From an uncultured Chroococcidiopsis sp. (GTDB lineage Bacteria > Cyanobacteriota > Cyanobacteriia > Cyanobacteriales > Chroococcidiopsidaceae): 64,000 nt of DNA. The notes beneath the pieces are model-generated. The model worked only from the letters and a program-made list of their open reading frames with translations. It was not told where the DNA came from and searched no databases. The position numbers were made by a program, and so were the translations under genes. Below are positions 1-9,874 of the stretch, piece by piece; positions within the stretch are counted from its first letter, which is position 1; each line of letters starts with the position of its first letter. The stretch lies in NCBI GenBank assembly GCA_964248365.1, contig CAXTYC010000005.1, forward strand, positions 96,001 to 160,000. Direction: 5' to 3'.

Positions 1-2
1 AG

Positions 3-848
3 TTTATGCAAAAAGGGCAGATGTTGTTTACCTACTTGCATTTGGCGGCTGACCGAGGTTTGACCGAGCATTTGATTGATTGTGGTGCAGTGGCGATCGC
101 CTACGAAACCGTTGAACAGCCAGGTAGCAACAAACTACCTCTGCTTACCCCCATGAGTATCATCGCAGGTCGTCTAGCAGTGCAATTTGGGGCAAGGTTT
201 CTAGAGCGTCAACAAGGAGGTCGGGGTGTCCTCTTGGGCGGCGTTCCTGGGGTTAGACCAGGCAAAGTTGTAATTTTAGGTGGTGGTGTGGTTGGTACAG
301 AAGCTGCCCGAATTGCTGTAGGCATGGGTGCATCTGTACAAATTTTAGATGTAAATGTGGATCGTTTAGCCTATCTAGAAACACTCTTTGGCTCTAGAGT
401 AGAACTGCTCTACAGTAACTCGGCTCAAATTGACGCTGTTGTCCCCGAAGCCGACTTACTAATCGGTGCAGTTTTAATCCCAGGTCGCAAAGCACCGATC
501 CTTGTTTCTCGCAACCTGGTAAAACAAATGCGCCCTGGTTCTGTAATTGTCGATGTCGCCGTCGATCAAGGCGGTTGTGTGGAAACCTTGCATCCCACAT
601 CCCACACCCATCCTGTCTATGTGGATGAAGGCGTAGTACATTATGGAGTTCCCAATATGCCAGGGGCTGTACCTTGGAGTGCAACCCAGGCGCTAAATAA
701 TAGTACCCTGCCTTACGTGTTGCAATTGGCTAATTTGGGCATGAAGGCATTGGAAATTAACTCAGCTTTAGCCAGTGGTGTGAATGTACAAAACCATCGC
801 TTGGTGCATCCCGCTGTAAAAGAGGTGTTTCCAGATTTAGTAGATTAG
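3..848 (+). CDS. ald: Alanine dehydrogenase, 5'-truncated by the window edge
   Basis: [20 protein letters not shown], Rossmann [15 protein letters not shown] and VPNMPGAVP motifs; frame open to the window start. Confidence 0.95.
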   Translation, partial: FMQKGQMLFTYLHLAADRGLTEHLIDCGAVAIAYETVEQPGSNKLPLLTPMSIIAGRLAVQFGARFLERQQGGRGVLLGGVPGVRPGKVVILGGGVVGTEAARIAVGMGASVQILDVNVDRLAYLETLFGSRVELLYSNSAQIDAVVPEADLLIGAVLIPGRKAPILVSRNLVKQMRPGSVIVDVAVDQGGCVETLHPTSHTHPVYVDEGVVHYGVPNMPGAVPWSATQALNNSTLPYVLQLANLGMKALEINSALASGVNVQNHRLVHPAVKEVFPDLVD

Positions 849-939
849 TATCAGCACAATGCTGAATGTAGAATTCATCTGAATGCTACTCGGATATAAA
901 TTTAATATATAGCAATCCTCAATGATTAGTTTGCCACCC

Positions 940-981
940 ATGCCCACCAATACTAGATAAGGTGGGCAATGCCCACCCTAC
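940..981. repeat. REP-like palindrome, GTAGGGTGGGCA(T/A)TGCCCACC family
   Basis: ATGCCCACC...GGTGGGCAATGCCCACCCTAC between convergent genes; full doublet at 53544-53597, fragments near 9126, 44054 and 56370. Confidence 0.75.
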
Positions 982-1048
982 GCTAACTCCAGTTGAATTA
1001 ATCCGAGTCCAACGATTAGATAACTTGGAAATTCTCAGTATGTCATTA

Positions 1049-1981
1049 CTAAAAATCTAATTCGTCTTGCAAATCTATTTCCGAGTTATTTTTAACACTT
1101 AATCGCCAACTTGTATTTATTTCTTCTTTGACATTTAGTTGCTCAACTAAATTTCCCAGTTGCTTTTGTAGCTTTTGAGTCAGCGCAATTTTAAAATCTA
1201 AATCTAATCTTTGATTTTGTGTCACTTGGGCTAGCTCTGAAAACTCTACCTTCAAAGTTTTTCGACTTGACTGGGAAAGTTTCAAATTATCTGTTTGGGC
1301 CACATTTTGAACTTGCATCGCTGTTTCTAGAAGAGTTTCAATATGATTGAATTCTGAATCAATTAGCTGTAACTGCTGCTTCAGTTCCAAATAGCGTTGA
1401 GCCAGCGCTGCCACGTCCTCAGAAGCTGGATTGGGATTACTTAACTGCTTTAGCTGCAACAGCTTTTGATGTACCATAGCTAAATAAACTGGGTCCATCT
1501 TGGCGTAGTTTAGCTGTTGTTGACTCAAAGGTCGTTGTCCCCAATCACTACTTTGCTGACTTTTATCTACTTGTGGAACATGACAAAGTGTTTCTGCCAA
1601 AGTTTTGAGCGATAAGTCAGGTATTTGCAGCATATAGTAGGGAATGGTTTTTGCCATTTCCAAAGTACAGGTGACATTCTTGGCTTGACTCTTACCCAAA
1701 AACTTTAGATCATATTTAGCATTGTGAAACACCTTTTCAATTTTCGGATTGAGCATAATTTCTGTAATAAATAAATCTGCTATTTGCGGCTGTTCTAAAA
1801 CATCTAAAACTGAAACTTTTTCTCCTGTTGTATCTTGAGGATTATCTATTAGCTGAATCAACGACAGCCTGGGTTTGCGAGTTGAAAAATCTGCAATTTC
1901 TGTATCAATCCACAGTATTGCTGCTTGAGCATATTTTGTAACTAGCTCAGTTATGCCGTTAGCGTCTTTTAAATAAAGCAT
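1049..1981 (-). CDS. RNase D-like DEDDy 3'-5' exonuclease with C-terminal extension
   Basis: ExoI WIDTE, ExoII FHNAKYD, SDWGQRPLS..QLNYAKMD (ExoIII). Confidence 0.85.
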   Translation of the reverse strand: MLYLKDANGITELVTKYAQAAILWIDTEIADFSTRKPRLSLIQLIDNPQDTTGEKVSVLDVLEQPQIADLFITEIMLNPKIEKVFHNAKYDLKFLGKSQAKNVTCTLEMAKTIPYYMLQIPDLSLKTLAETLCHVPQVDKSQQSSDWGQRPLSQQQLNYAKMDPVYLAMVHQKLLQLKQLSNPNPASEDVAALAQRYLELKQQLQLIDSEFNHIETLLETAMQVQNVAQTDNLKLSQSSRKTLKVEFSELAQVTQNQRLDLDFKIALTQKLQKQLGNLVEQLNVKEEINTSWRLSVKNNSEIDLQDELDF

Positions 1982-2071
1982 CAGAAAAATTAACTAAAAA
2001 CATTTCTAACAATAACCCTGGCTTCTTACTCTCGTTCCAGGTTGAGCCTGGAAATTAGGACTTACGAATTA

Positions 2072-2956
2072 TTAACGCTGGGATGTGAGGCTAATTAAAT
2101 CCTCAATATTGAGTTTCATTGTATTACAGATTGCATCTAGGGGTAAGTCATTCGCATCATACCCAAAAGGATTTTCTATTTCAATGCCAATTTCTTCAAT
2201 TCCAAATAAAGTAAAACTAATTAAAGCAACAATTGCCCCCGTCCAAAAACCTAAATTTTGCACTAGTTGGAAAGGCAATAACAAACAATATATTAATAAT
2301 AACTGTTTCAGATGAATAGCATAAGCCAGCGGCATAGGTGTTTTTAAAATACGTTCGCAGCCTCCCAAAGTATCGACCATACTATTTAGTAAATCTTGCA
2401 TAGCAGTAAGTTGATAGGTATTAAGGCAATCACGACAGTATTGTTGTTGTAAATAATCTCCAATCCAAAAAGCTACTTCTAGAGGTGGATTATTCATACC
2501 TTTAAGTTTAAAATATCGGTTAGAAGACATTAGTTCGGTTAACTCACTGTTTACAGGTTCTGATCTAAGATGTAATTTAGTTGCTACTGCAAAAGCAACT
2601 AACAGCCGTAATGCTGAAATTTTTTCCTCTCGATCCTCTGGTTGCTCTTCAATCACGGAAACCCAAATTTGACGAGCGAGGTTACGAATATTGTTGACTA
2701 AAGTACCCCAGCACTTTCGACCTTCCCAAAACCTCTCATTAGCAGTATTAGTACGGAAAACTAGTAATAAACCTAAAACAATACTAGGAATAACATTACC
2801 GAATATAGGATAATAAACAGGTAGTTTAAAATAGTTAAATATAGAGATTAAAACGCCAAAAACTCCACAGAATATAACTCTGGACAAAATTCCTGGAATC
2901 ACAGAGCCTTTTAGCTGGAAAGCTATTTTAAACCAGTGAAATTTTTCAAAGTTCAT
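2072..2956 (-). CDS. Bestrophin-family (RFP-TM) ion channel
   Basis: LLVFRTNTANERFWEGR, CERILKTP and IENPFG-D-NDLP motifs. Confidence 0.92.
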   Translation of the reverse strand: MNFEKFHWFKIAFQLKGSVIPGILSRVIFCGVFGVLISIFNYFKLPVYYPIFGNVIPSIVLGLLLVFRTNTANERFWEGRKCWGTLVNNIRNLARQIWVSVIEEQPEDREEKISALRLLVAFAVATKLHLRSEPVNSELTELMSSNRYFKLKGMNNPPLEVAFWIGDYLQQQYCRDCLNTYQLTAMQDLLNSMVDTLGGCERILKTPMPLAYAIHLKQLLLIYCLLLPFQLVQNLGFWTGAIVALISFTLFGIEEIGIEIENPFGYDANDLPLDAICNTMKLNIEDLISLTSQR

Positions 2957-3201
2957 AAGTATAATTATTCTTTCAAACTATTTACAGATTTAGTAGCACA
3001 GAACTTATAAGGGGCATGGCAATGCCCGTACTAAAAGGGGATGTTATTTTTATACTAAAGAGTAGGTTAATATATTTATACATTAAATGGATAATTTATA
3101 ACTAACTTGCCAACTTTATAACAAATAAAAAAGGAAAACATTTAAATTTAATATTTTAGTTAGAATAATCCAAAATCCAAAATATAAAATTTGAAATCTT
3201 T

Positions 3202-6200
3202 ATGGGCTGGCAATTTTGGATTGATCGTGGGGGGACGTTTACTGATATCGTGGCACAACGTCCAGATGGACAACTGGTGATTCATAAGCTGCTATCGGAG
3301 AATCCCGATCGCTATACTGATGCAGCAATTCAAGGAATTAGAGAAATTTTAGGTGTTCCATCGGATGCACCGATGCCATCACAACAAATTGCTCAAGTGA
3401 AAATGGGAACGACGGTAGCGACGAATGCATTGCTGGAAAGGAAAGGCGATCGCACTGTCCTAGTCATTACCAAAGGCTTTCGAGACGCACTACGCATCGG
3501 CTACCAAAATCGCCCAAATATCTTTGCGCGTCAGATTGTGCTGCCAGAAATGCTGTATGAGCGGGTAATTGAGGTAGAAGAACGCTACCGCGCCCAAGGT
3601 GAAGAATTAATCCCTGTAAATACGCAATATATTTCGTCTTTACAAGCAGCCTATAACGACGGTATACGGTCTTGTGCCATTGTATTGATGCACGGCTATC
3701 GTTATCCCGAACATGAAACTCAAATAGCTACCATAGCCCAGGAGATTGGATTTACTCAAATATCAGTATCTCATAAAGTCAGCCCTTTGATGAAACTAGT
3801 AAGCCGAGGCGACACCACAGTAGTTGATGCCTACTTGTCCCCTATCCTGCGACGCTACGTGGATCAAGTAGCAAGTCAGTTGGGATCTGAGGGAGCTGAG
3901 GGAGCTGAGGGAGAAAATTCAATCCAAAATTCAAAATCCAAAATCCAAAATTCCCTAACCCCTGCGCCTTTGCCCCAAGCCTCCAGCCCCTCCTTAATGT
4001 TCATGCAATCAAATGGCGGCTTGACTGATGCCCTGACGTTTCAAGGGAAAGACAGTATCCTATCGGGACCTGCTGGGGGTATTGTGGGGGCTGTGCAAAC
4101 AAGCTTGATGGCAGGGTTTAACAAGATTATCACCTTTGACATGGGTGGAACTTCTACCGATGTGGCGCATTACAACGGCGAGTATGAAAGAACATTTGAA
4201 ACAGAAGTGGCTGGGGTGCGACTACGTACACCGATGATGGCAATTCATACCGTAGCGGCTGGTGGTGGTTCAATTGTGCAATTTGATGGCGCACGTTATC
4301 GAGTAGGACCCCAGTCAGCAGGGGCAAACCCTGGACCTGCTTCGTACTCGAAGGGGGGACCGCTAACGATAACTGATTGTAATGTGATGGTGGGCAAGTT
4401 GCAGCCCCAGTTCTTTCCTCATGTGTTTGGAGCGAATGGAGATTTACCGCTGGATGCAGATGTAGTGCGGCGCAAGTTTGACGAACTAGCAGCAGAAATT
4501 GGCAACACTTCGCCTGAACAGGTAGCAACTGGATTTTTGGCGATCGCTGTGGAAAAAATGGCGAGTGCGATTAAGAAAATCTCTCTGCAACGTGGTTATG
4601 ATGTTTCGGAATATACTTTGTGCTGCTTTGGTGGTGCAGGTGGACAACACGCTTGTTTAATTGCTGATGCGTTGGGGATGAAGCAGGTGTTTATTCATCC
4701 TTATGCTGGGGTGTTGTCGGCTTATGGGATGGGTTTGGCAGATATGCGATCGCTGCGAGAACGGGCGGTGGAGAGTGTTTTAAGTGAGTCAGGAGTGGCG
4801 CGGTTGGAGGAGGTGTTGAACCAGTTGGAGGTGGAGGGGAGAAAGGAAACGAACCGCCAAGACGCAGAGGGCGCAGAGGAGAGAGGGGAGGTTGAGGTTT
4901 TAAGGAGGGTTCATTTGAGGTATGAGGGGACTGATGCGGCGTTGGTTGTGGGTTTTGGTGATGCGGTGGGGATGAGGGAGAAGTTTGAGCAGGTACATCG
5001 TCAGCAGTATGGGTTTATTGCACCTGATAAGCGGTTGATTGTCCAGTCTGTTTCGGTTGAGGTGGTGCGAAAGACTGAGGTTTTAGATGAGCCTGTTGTT
5101 GTGCGTCGTACGGATGCACTACCTACGCCCCTTGCGATGGTGCAAATGTATACAAACCGTGCTTGGCATGAAACATCTGTGTATAAGCGGGAGGATTTGC
5201 AACCAGGTGATTGTATTAGTGCGCCTGCGATTATTGTGGAAGCAACTGGGACAAATGTGATTGAGATCGGTTGGGAAGCACAAGTAAGCGATCGCAATCA
5301 TCTCATTTTAAGGAGACAGGAGTCAGAAGTCAGGAATCACAAGTCAGCCTCTAGCCTCTCACCTCTAGCCTCTAGCCTCTCCCCCGATCCTGTGATGTTG
5401 GAAATTTTCAACAATCTGTATATGGCGATCGCCGAGCAAATGGGGATTACTCTACAAAATACTAGTTCCTCGGTCAATATCAAGGAAAGGCTGGATTTTT
5501 CTTGTGCCATATTTGACTCTCAAGGGCAGCTAGTTGCAAATGCACCCCATATTCCTGTTCATTTGGGTTCGATGAGTGAAAGTGTAAAAGCACTGATTAC
5601 CGCCAAAGGTGATATACTCAAGTCTGGGGATGTATATGTATCAAATAATCCCTACAACGGGGGTACTCACCTCCCAGATATCACCGTCATCACCCCAGTA
5701 TTTGATAAATCTTCCCCCTCACCCCTCTTTTACCTCGCCTCACGCGGACACCATGCCGATATTGGCGGTATTACTCCTGGTTCTATGCCCCCAAATAGCA
5801 CCAGGCTAGAGCAAGAGGGAGTATTAATTGATAATTTCCAGCTAGTATCTCAAGGTCATTTTCGGGAACCAGAATTGCTGGAACTATTATCATCTGGTGC
5901 GTATCCAGCCCGTAATTTAGCTCAAAATCTTGCTGATTTAAAGGCGCAAATCGCTGCGAATGAGCGTGGTGTGCAAGAACTCCATAAGATGGTAGAACAC
6001 TACGGACTAGAGACGGTACAGGCTTATATGAGTCATGTGCAAGACAATGCTGAAGAATCTGTCCGGCGGGTAATTTCAGTACTCAATGATGGACACTTCA
6101 CCTATGCTCTTGATAATGGCAGTGTGATTAAAGTGGCTATTTCGATTGATAAATCTACTCGCAGCGCCCGTATTGATTTTACTGGTACTTCTCCCCAACT

Positions 6201-6921
6201 TGATAGTAATTTCAATGCCCCAGCTGCTATATGTCAAGCAGCAGTTTTGTATGTTTTCCGTACTTTGGTAGATGACGAGATACCCTTGAATGCTGGATGT
6301 CTCAAGCCTCTAGAAATTATTATTCCCTCTGGTTGTATGTTGAATCCTCATTATCCTGCTGCGGTTGTGGCAGGAAATGTAGAGACTTCCCAAGCAATTA
6401 CAGATGCATTGTATGGTGCTTTGGAAGTGATGGCGGCTGCACAGGGAACGATGAATAATTTTACTTTTGGTAATGGGCGCTATCAATATTATGAAACTAT
6501 CTGCGGTGGTTCTGGTGCTGGTGCAGATTTCGACGGTACAGATGCAGTTCATACTCACATGACTAATTCCCGTCTCACAGATCCAGAGGTCTTAGAATGG
6601 CGATTTCCCATCTTGCTAGAAAGTTTTGCTATTCGTCCTCATAGTGGTGGTAAAGGACAGCATCACGGCGGTAATGGGGTAATTCGTCGTTTGCGTTTTC
6701 TAGAACCGATGACAGCTGCAATTCTTTCAAATCACCGCGTTATTTCTCCCTTTGGCTTGCAAGGTGGGGAAGCGGGTGCAGTGGGAAGAAATTTGGTTGA
6801 ACGTAGTGATGGAACGGTGGAAGATTTAGGCAGTACAGCTACTGTCGAGATGCATACAGGGGATACGTTTGTGATTGAAACTCCAGGGGGTGGAGGATAT
6901 GGAGATGTCAGCCAGGAGTGA
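3202..6921 (+). CDS. oplA: ATP-dependent 5-oxoprolinase / hydantoinase A+B fusion
   Basis: IDRGGTFTD, MGTTVATNALLER, DMGGTSTD, NIKERLDFSCA and ETPGGGGYG motifs; low-complexity in-frame inserts. Confidence 0.92.
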   Translation: MGWQFWIDRGGTFTDIVAQRPDGQLVIHKLLSENPDRYTDAAIQGIREILGVPSDAPMPSQQIAQVKMGTTVATNALLERKGDRTVLVITKGFRDALRIGYQNRPNIFARQIVLPEMLYERVIEVEERYRAQGEELIPVNTQYISSLQAAYNDGIRSCAIVLMHGYRYPEHETQIATIAQEIGFTQISVSHKVSPLMKLVSRGDTTVVDAYLSPILRRYVDQVASQLGSEGAEGAEGENSIQNSKSKIQNSLTPAPLPQASSPSLMFMQSNGGLTDALTFQGKDSILSGPAGGIVGAVQTSLMAGFNKIITFDMGGTSTDVAHYNGEYERTFETEVAGVRLRTPMMAIHTVAAGGGSIVQFDGARYRVGPQSAGANPGPASYSKGGPLTITDCNVMVGKLQPQFFPHVFGANGDLPLDADVVRRKFDELAAEIGNTSPEQVATGFLAIAVEKMASAIKKISLQRGYDVSEYTLCCFGGAGGQHACLIADALGMKQVFIHPYAGVLSAYGMGLADMRSLRERAVESVLSESGVARLEEVLNQLEVEGRKETNRQDAEGAEERGEVEVLRRVHLRYEGTDAALVVGFGDAVGMREKFEQVHRQQYGFIAPDKRLIVQSVSVEVVRKTEVLDEPVVVRRTDALPTPLAMVQMYTNRAWHETSVYKREDLQPGDCISAPAIIVEATGTNVIEIGWEAQVSDRNHLILRRQESEVRNHKSASSLSPLASSLSPDPVMLEIFNNLYMAIAEQMGITLQNTSSSVNIKERLDFSCAIFDSQGQLVANAPHIPVHLGSMSESVKALITAKGDILKSGDVYVSNNPYNGGTHLPDITVITPVFDKSSPSPLFYLASRGHHADIGGITPGSMPPNSTRLEQEGVLIDNFQLVSQGHFREPELLELLSSGAYPARNLAQNLADLKAQIAANERGVQELHKMVEHYGLETVQAYMSHVQDNAEESVRRVISVLNDGHFTYALDNGSVIKVAISIDKSTRSARIDFTGTSPQLDSNFNAPAAICQAAVLYVFRTLVDDEIPLNAGCLKPLEIIIPSGCMLNPHYPAAVVAGNVETSQAITDALYGALEVMAAAQGTMNNFTFGNGRYQYYETICGGSGAGADFDGTDAVHTHMTNSRLTDPEVLEWRFPILLESFAIRPHSGGKGQHHGGNGVIRRLRFLEPMTAAILSNHRVISPFGLQGGEAGAVGRNLVERSDGTVEDLGSTATVEMHTGDTFVIETPGGGGYGDVSQE

Positions 6922-6993
6922 TATAAATAGGAGAAAATTGGGCATAAGTAAATATTTATACTCAAGTATCCTAGTAATTTATCAGGAGCAAGT

Positions 6994-7173
6994 ATTCTTC
7001 CAACAGCAGAACAAGGGTTAATCTGTATTATCCTATGTCAGTACTTAACGAATTTTTACCGCTCAATTGAGATATTACGTTTCGACGAACGCGATGGCAC
7101 AATATTCATCTTTGCAGGAGAAGAACTTCAAATTCAAATTAGTCGTGACGGTACGTGGAGATTTCTTACATGA
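6994..7173 (+). CDS. Small protein resembling the cyanobacterial DUF6888 family; probable ATT start; absent from the ORF track
   Basis: Manual translation (I)LPTAEQGLICIILCQYLTNFYRSIEILRFDERDGTIFIFAGEELQIQISRDGTWRFLT*; AGGAG at 6984-6988; stop overlaps the next ATG (ATGA). Confidence 0.75.
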   Translation: MLPTAEQGLICIILCQYLTNFYRSIEILRFDERDGTIFIFAGEELQIQISRDGTWRFLT

Positions 7174-7385
7174 AAGCAGATTTTAATTCTATGAGCAAGG
7201 CTGAATTACGAGCTTATGTACTTGCTCACCGAAATGACGATGAAGCCTTTTACACGCTAGTTGACCGCTATAAGGCTGACTCCAAAGATCAAGTATGGCA
7301 TCCCTGTCCAAAAACTCCAGAAGATTGGGCAAAGGTATCACAATTAGTTAAGGAACAGATCGAAAAGCAAGAAAAAGGTTCGTAG
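7170..7385 (+). CDS. Small protein resembling the DUF6887 family
   Basis: MKADFNSMSKAELRAYVLAHRNDDEAF N-terminus; ATGA coupling to the upstream ORF. Confidence 0.8.
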   Translation: MKADFNSMSKAELRAYVLAHRNDDEAFYTLVDRYKADSKDQVWHPCPKTPEDWAKVSQLVKEQIEKQEKGS

Positions 7386-7690
7386 GAAAAAGCGATCGCA
7401 CTTCTTGTCCCCCTTTGCAGTTGTAATCTATTGAATCTCTGACTGGGGCGGTACAATTTGATATTTCTTGTGTTTCGACGTTGGCTCTCAACTTGAGAAA
7501 TTCTATTAACATTCGCTTCCTCCCATGAACTAGTTATAACTCCAAGCAGCCGTAGGATATACGATCAAGATGCGCGGCTTCGGGTAAATTCATTGTCATC
7601 CCCGCAAGGCAAAAATCCCCCTGCTTACAGGTTTGGGAACTGGCAAACAGTATTATTGTTACTATTGGATTTTTGATTGAGATACGAATA

Positions 7691-8323
7691 ATGGCAAAAC
7701 CCACTGTTTACGGAACTCCCCGAAGTACTTATGTCCGTACCGTCCGATTGCTGCTTGAGGAAGCAGGTGCAGACTATGACCTCAAAGATGTTGATATTTT
7801 CAGCGGTGAAAACAAGTCGCCAGAGTACCTAGCCAAGAATCCATTTGGTAAAGTACCGACTCTTGAAGTTGATGGGGAACTGCTTTATGAAACAACTGCC
7901 ATTACCGATTACCTTAACACTGTTTTAGCAGGTAACAAATTCAGCCCGTCTAATCCGATGCACCAGGCTCGGATGCGCCAGATTATGGCAATTATTGATA
8001 ATCACCTCTATCCAGCTGCAATTCTGTCAATTGTGATACAGCGCCTAATTGTGCCAACTCAGGGCGGCGAAACAGATGAAGACAAGGTGAAAAATGCTGT
8101 CGCGCCTGCAAAAACAGCAGTAGAGGCGATCGAGTCGCTAACCGTTGGTAGCCCGTATCTGCTAGGTAGCGAAGTGAGCATTGCCGATTTCTACCTGATT
8201 CCAGTCTTTACCTACCTGTCGCTGACTCCAGAGTTTGATTCAATTACCGCTCAAGCTCCTAAACTCAGAACCTGGTGGGATGAGGTGAACAAGCTTCCCA
8301 GCGTGAAAAAAGTGTGCGCGTAA
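7691..8323 (+). CDS. Glutathione S-transferase
   Basis: NPFGKVPTL, LYETTAI and SIADF motifs; ATG at 7691 preferred over TTG at 7673. Confidence 0.92.
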   Translation: MAKPTVYGTPRSTYVRTVRLLLEEAGADYDLKDVDIFSGENKSPEYLAKNPFGKVPTLEVDGELLYETTAITDYLNTVLAGNKFSPSNPMHQARMRQIMAIIDNHLYPAAILSIVIQRLIVPTQGGETDEDKVKNAVAPAKTAVEAIESLTVGSPYLLGSEVSIADFYLIPVFTYLSLTPEFDSITAQAPKLRTWWDEVNKLPSVKKVCA

Positions 8324-8774
8324 CGCGCTCTGGTTGTAAGGTATTTTACCACAGATTGGCGATCGCTGATCTGTGGTCATTACTACATAGTGCAACTATT
8401 TTGTAGCTCATGCTCTAACTCGTTATGAGCAGCGAGTTCACCTTTACAGAACAGGAACCGAACCCCTTTTGTCATTTCAACTTCAGCCGGATAAAAATGA
8501 AATCAAAATTACTCATGCGGGTTGCACAGTTTCGGAAAAATGTGGAGATATTCTATCAAATGTTACTTGACCAAACTGATGAGAAAAAGATAAATATCCA
8601 CTTTCTTAATCTCGCTTTTTTATAATATGTTCTGAAAAAAAGCAACGTACAAAAGTGGGATTTTGAATGAAAAAATCACAATCGTTAATCTGTAGCTGGG
8701 CTGATGGTAGCTTGTTTAACCTGAAAGATAATATAAACTTTATTAGGTAAAAAAGTCAAAAAGGAACACTTCTT

Positions 8775-8990
8775 ATGGCTGAAGAATTTAAAAAAGGTGA
8801 CAAAGTTGAGTGGAAAACAGCAGGCGGTAAGACAACTGGGGAAGTGATAGAAAAGCTTACCTCACCTACAGATATTAAAGGACATCACGTAGCCGCTTCA
8901 GAAGACAACCCCGAATACCTAGTTAAGAGCGACAAAACAGGAAAAGAAGCTGCTCATAAACCTGATGCACTCAAAAAGGTGGAGGAATAA
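8775..8990 (+). CDS. DUF2945 (Tudor/Hva1-like) small protein
   Basis: FKKGDKVEW...ASEDNPEYLVKSDKTGKEAAHKP pattern. Confidence 0.88.
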   Translation: MAEEFKKGDKVEWKTAGGKTTGEVIEKLTSPTDIKGHHVAASEDNPEYLVKSDKTGKEAAHKPDALKKVEE

Positions 8991-8998
8991 AGCAAACT

Positions 8999-9074
8999 AT
9001 GAGTAAAGATGATACAGTAATTGACGAGGTTTCACCAAGTTGTCAATATGACTGCAGAAGAACTTGAGTTTTAA
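8999..9074 (+). pseudogene. 5' remnant of a DUF3140-like gene (frameshifted and truncated)
   Basis: MSKDDTVIDE, one extra G, then FHQVVNMTAEELEF*; recalled as the N-terminus of the usual DUF2945 neighbour. Confidence 0.7.
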
Positions 9075-9378
9075 CCTTAGCTCTCGTCAACAGAGCTAGG
9101 GATGTAGAAATATGAAAGCGCGTATGCCACCCATACCCACCTACATTATATATTGTTCACGGATTATTTAGGAGCGCTATATATAGATAGAATTAATAAA
9201 TTTCTTGCAATAATATGTGCGTAGAGGTAGATTTAACTCAGATATTTGTTGTAAACAATAATTTTCATAAAACCTGCCCCTACTATAAAAAAGGTCAATT
9301 AAAATAATTCAAAATATCTACGGATTTCTCAAACTATCTTTAAATAATACCCTACGAATAAATCTTGTAGGTGACAGC

Positions 9379-9822
9379 ATGGAAGATATTTACAACTATC
9401 TTAAAATCTCAGACTCCATTGCTACTTCAGGACAACCGACAAAAGAGCAGCTTTCGGCTATTAAAGACTCAGGATACCAAATTGTTGTAAATCTTGCCCT
9501 GCCAACATCGACCAACGCCTTACCCGATGAAAGACAAGCGGTTGAAAATTTGGATATGCAGTATGTTCACATTCCAGTAGTTTGGGAAAATCCCAAAATT
9601 GAGGATGTAGAACAGTTTTTCAATGTAATGACTGTGAATAATGATAAAAAAAGATTTGTTCACTGTGCAGCTAATATGAGAGTTTCAGCTTTTATGTATC
9701 TTTATCGCCGTTTGCATGAAGGTATGAGTGATGAAGATGCAAAGAAAGATTTATATCAAATTTGGGTTCCGAATGAAGTCTGGCAGAAATTCATCGAGCA
9801 GGTAATTGAGCGTTATAAATAA
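9379..9822 (+). CDS. Cys-based phosphatase / DUF442 (BLH-like) family protein
   Basis: TSGQPT, YVHIPV and HCAANMR (CX5R) loop. Confidence 0.85.
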   Translation: MEDIYNYLKISDSIATSGQPTKEQLSAIKDSGYQIVVNLALPTSTNALPDERQAVENLDMQYVHIPVVWENPKIEDVEQFFNVMTVNNDKKRFVHCAANMRVSAFMYLYRRLHEGMSDEDAKKDLYQIWVPNEVWQKFIEQVIERYK

Positions 9823-9874
9823 TTGGTAGATTGATAGTAGCAGTGCTACGTCTGTACAGGTAATTGGTAGTTGT

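Noticed and set aside
93..100. High frequency of GCGATCGC as a novel motif
   Set aside because: This is the well-known cyanobacterial HIP1 octamer
7400..7520. Minus-strand MLIEFLKLRANVETQE fragment, faintly like the TIGR03792 N-terminus
   Set aside because: Too short and divergent to support
8425..8625. 66-aa ORF
   Set aside because: No recognisable motif; lies in AT-rich promoter-like sequence
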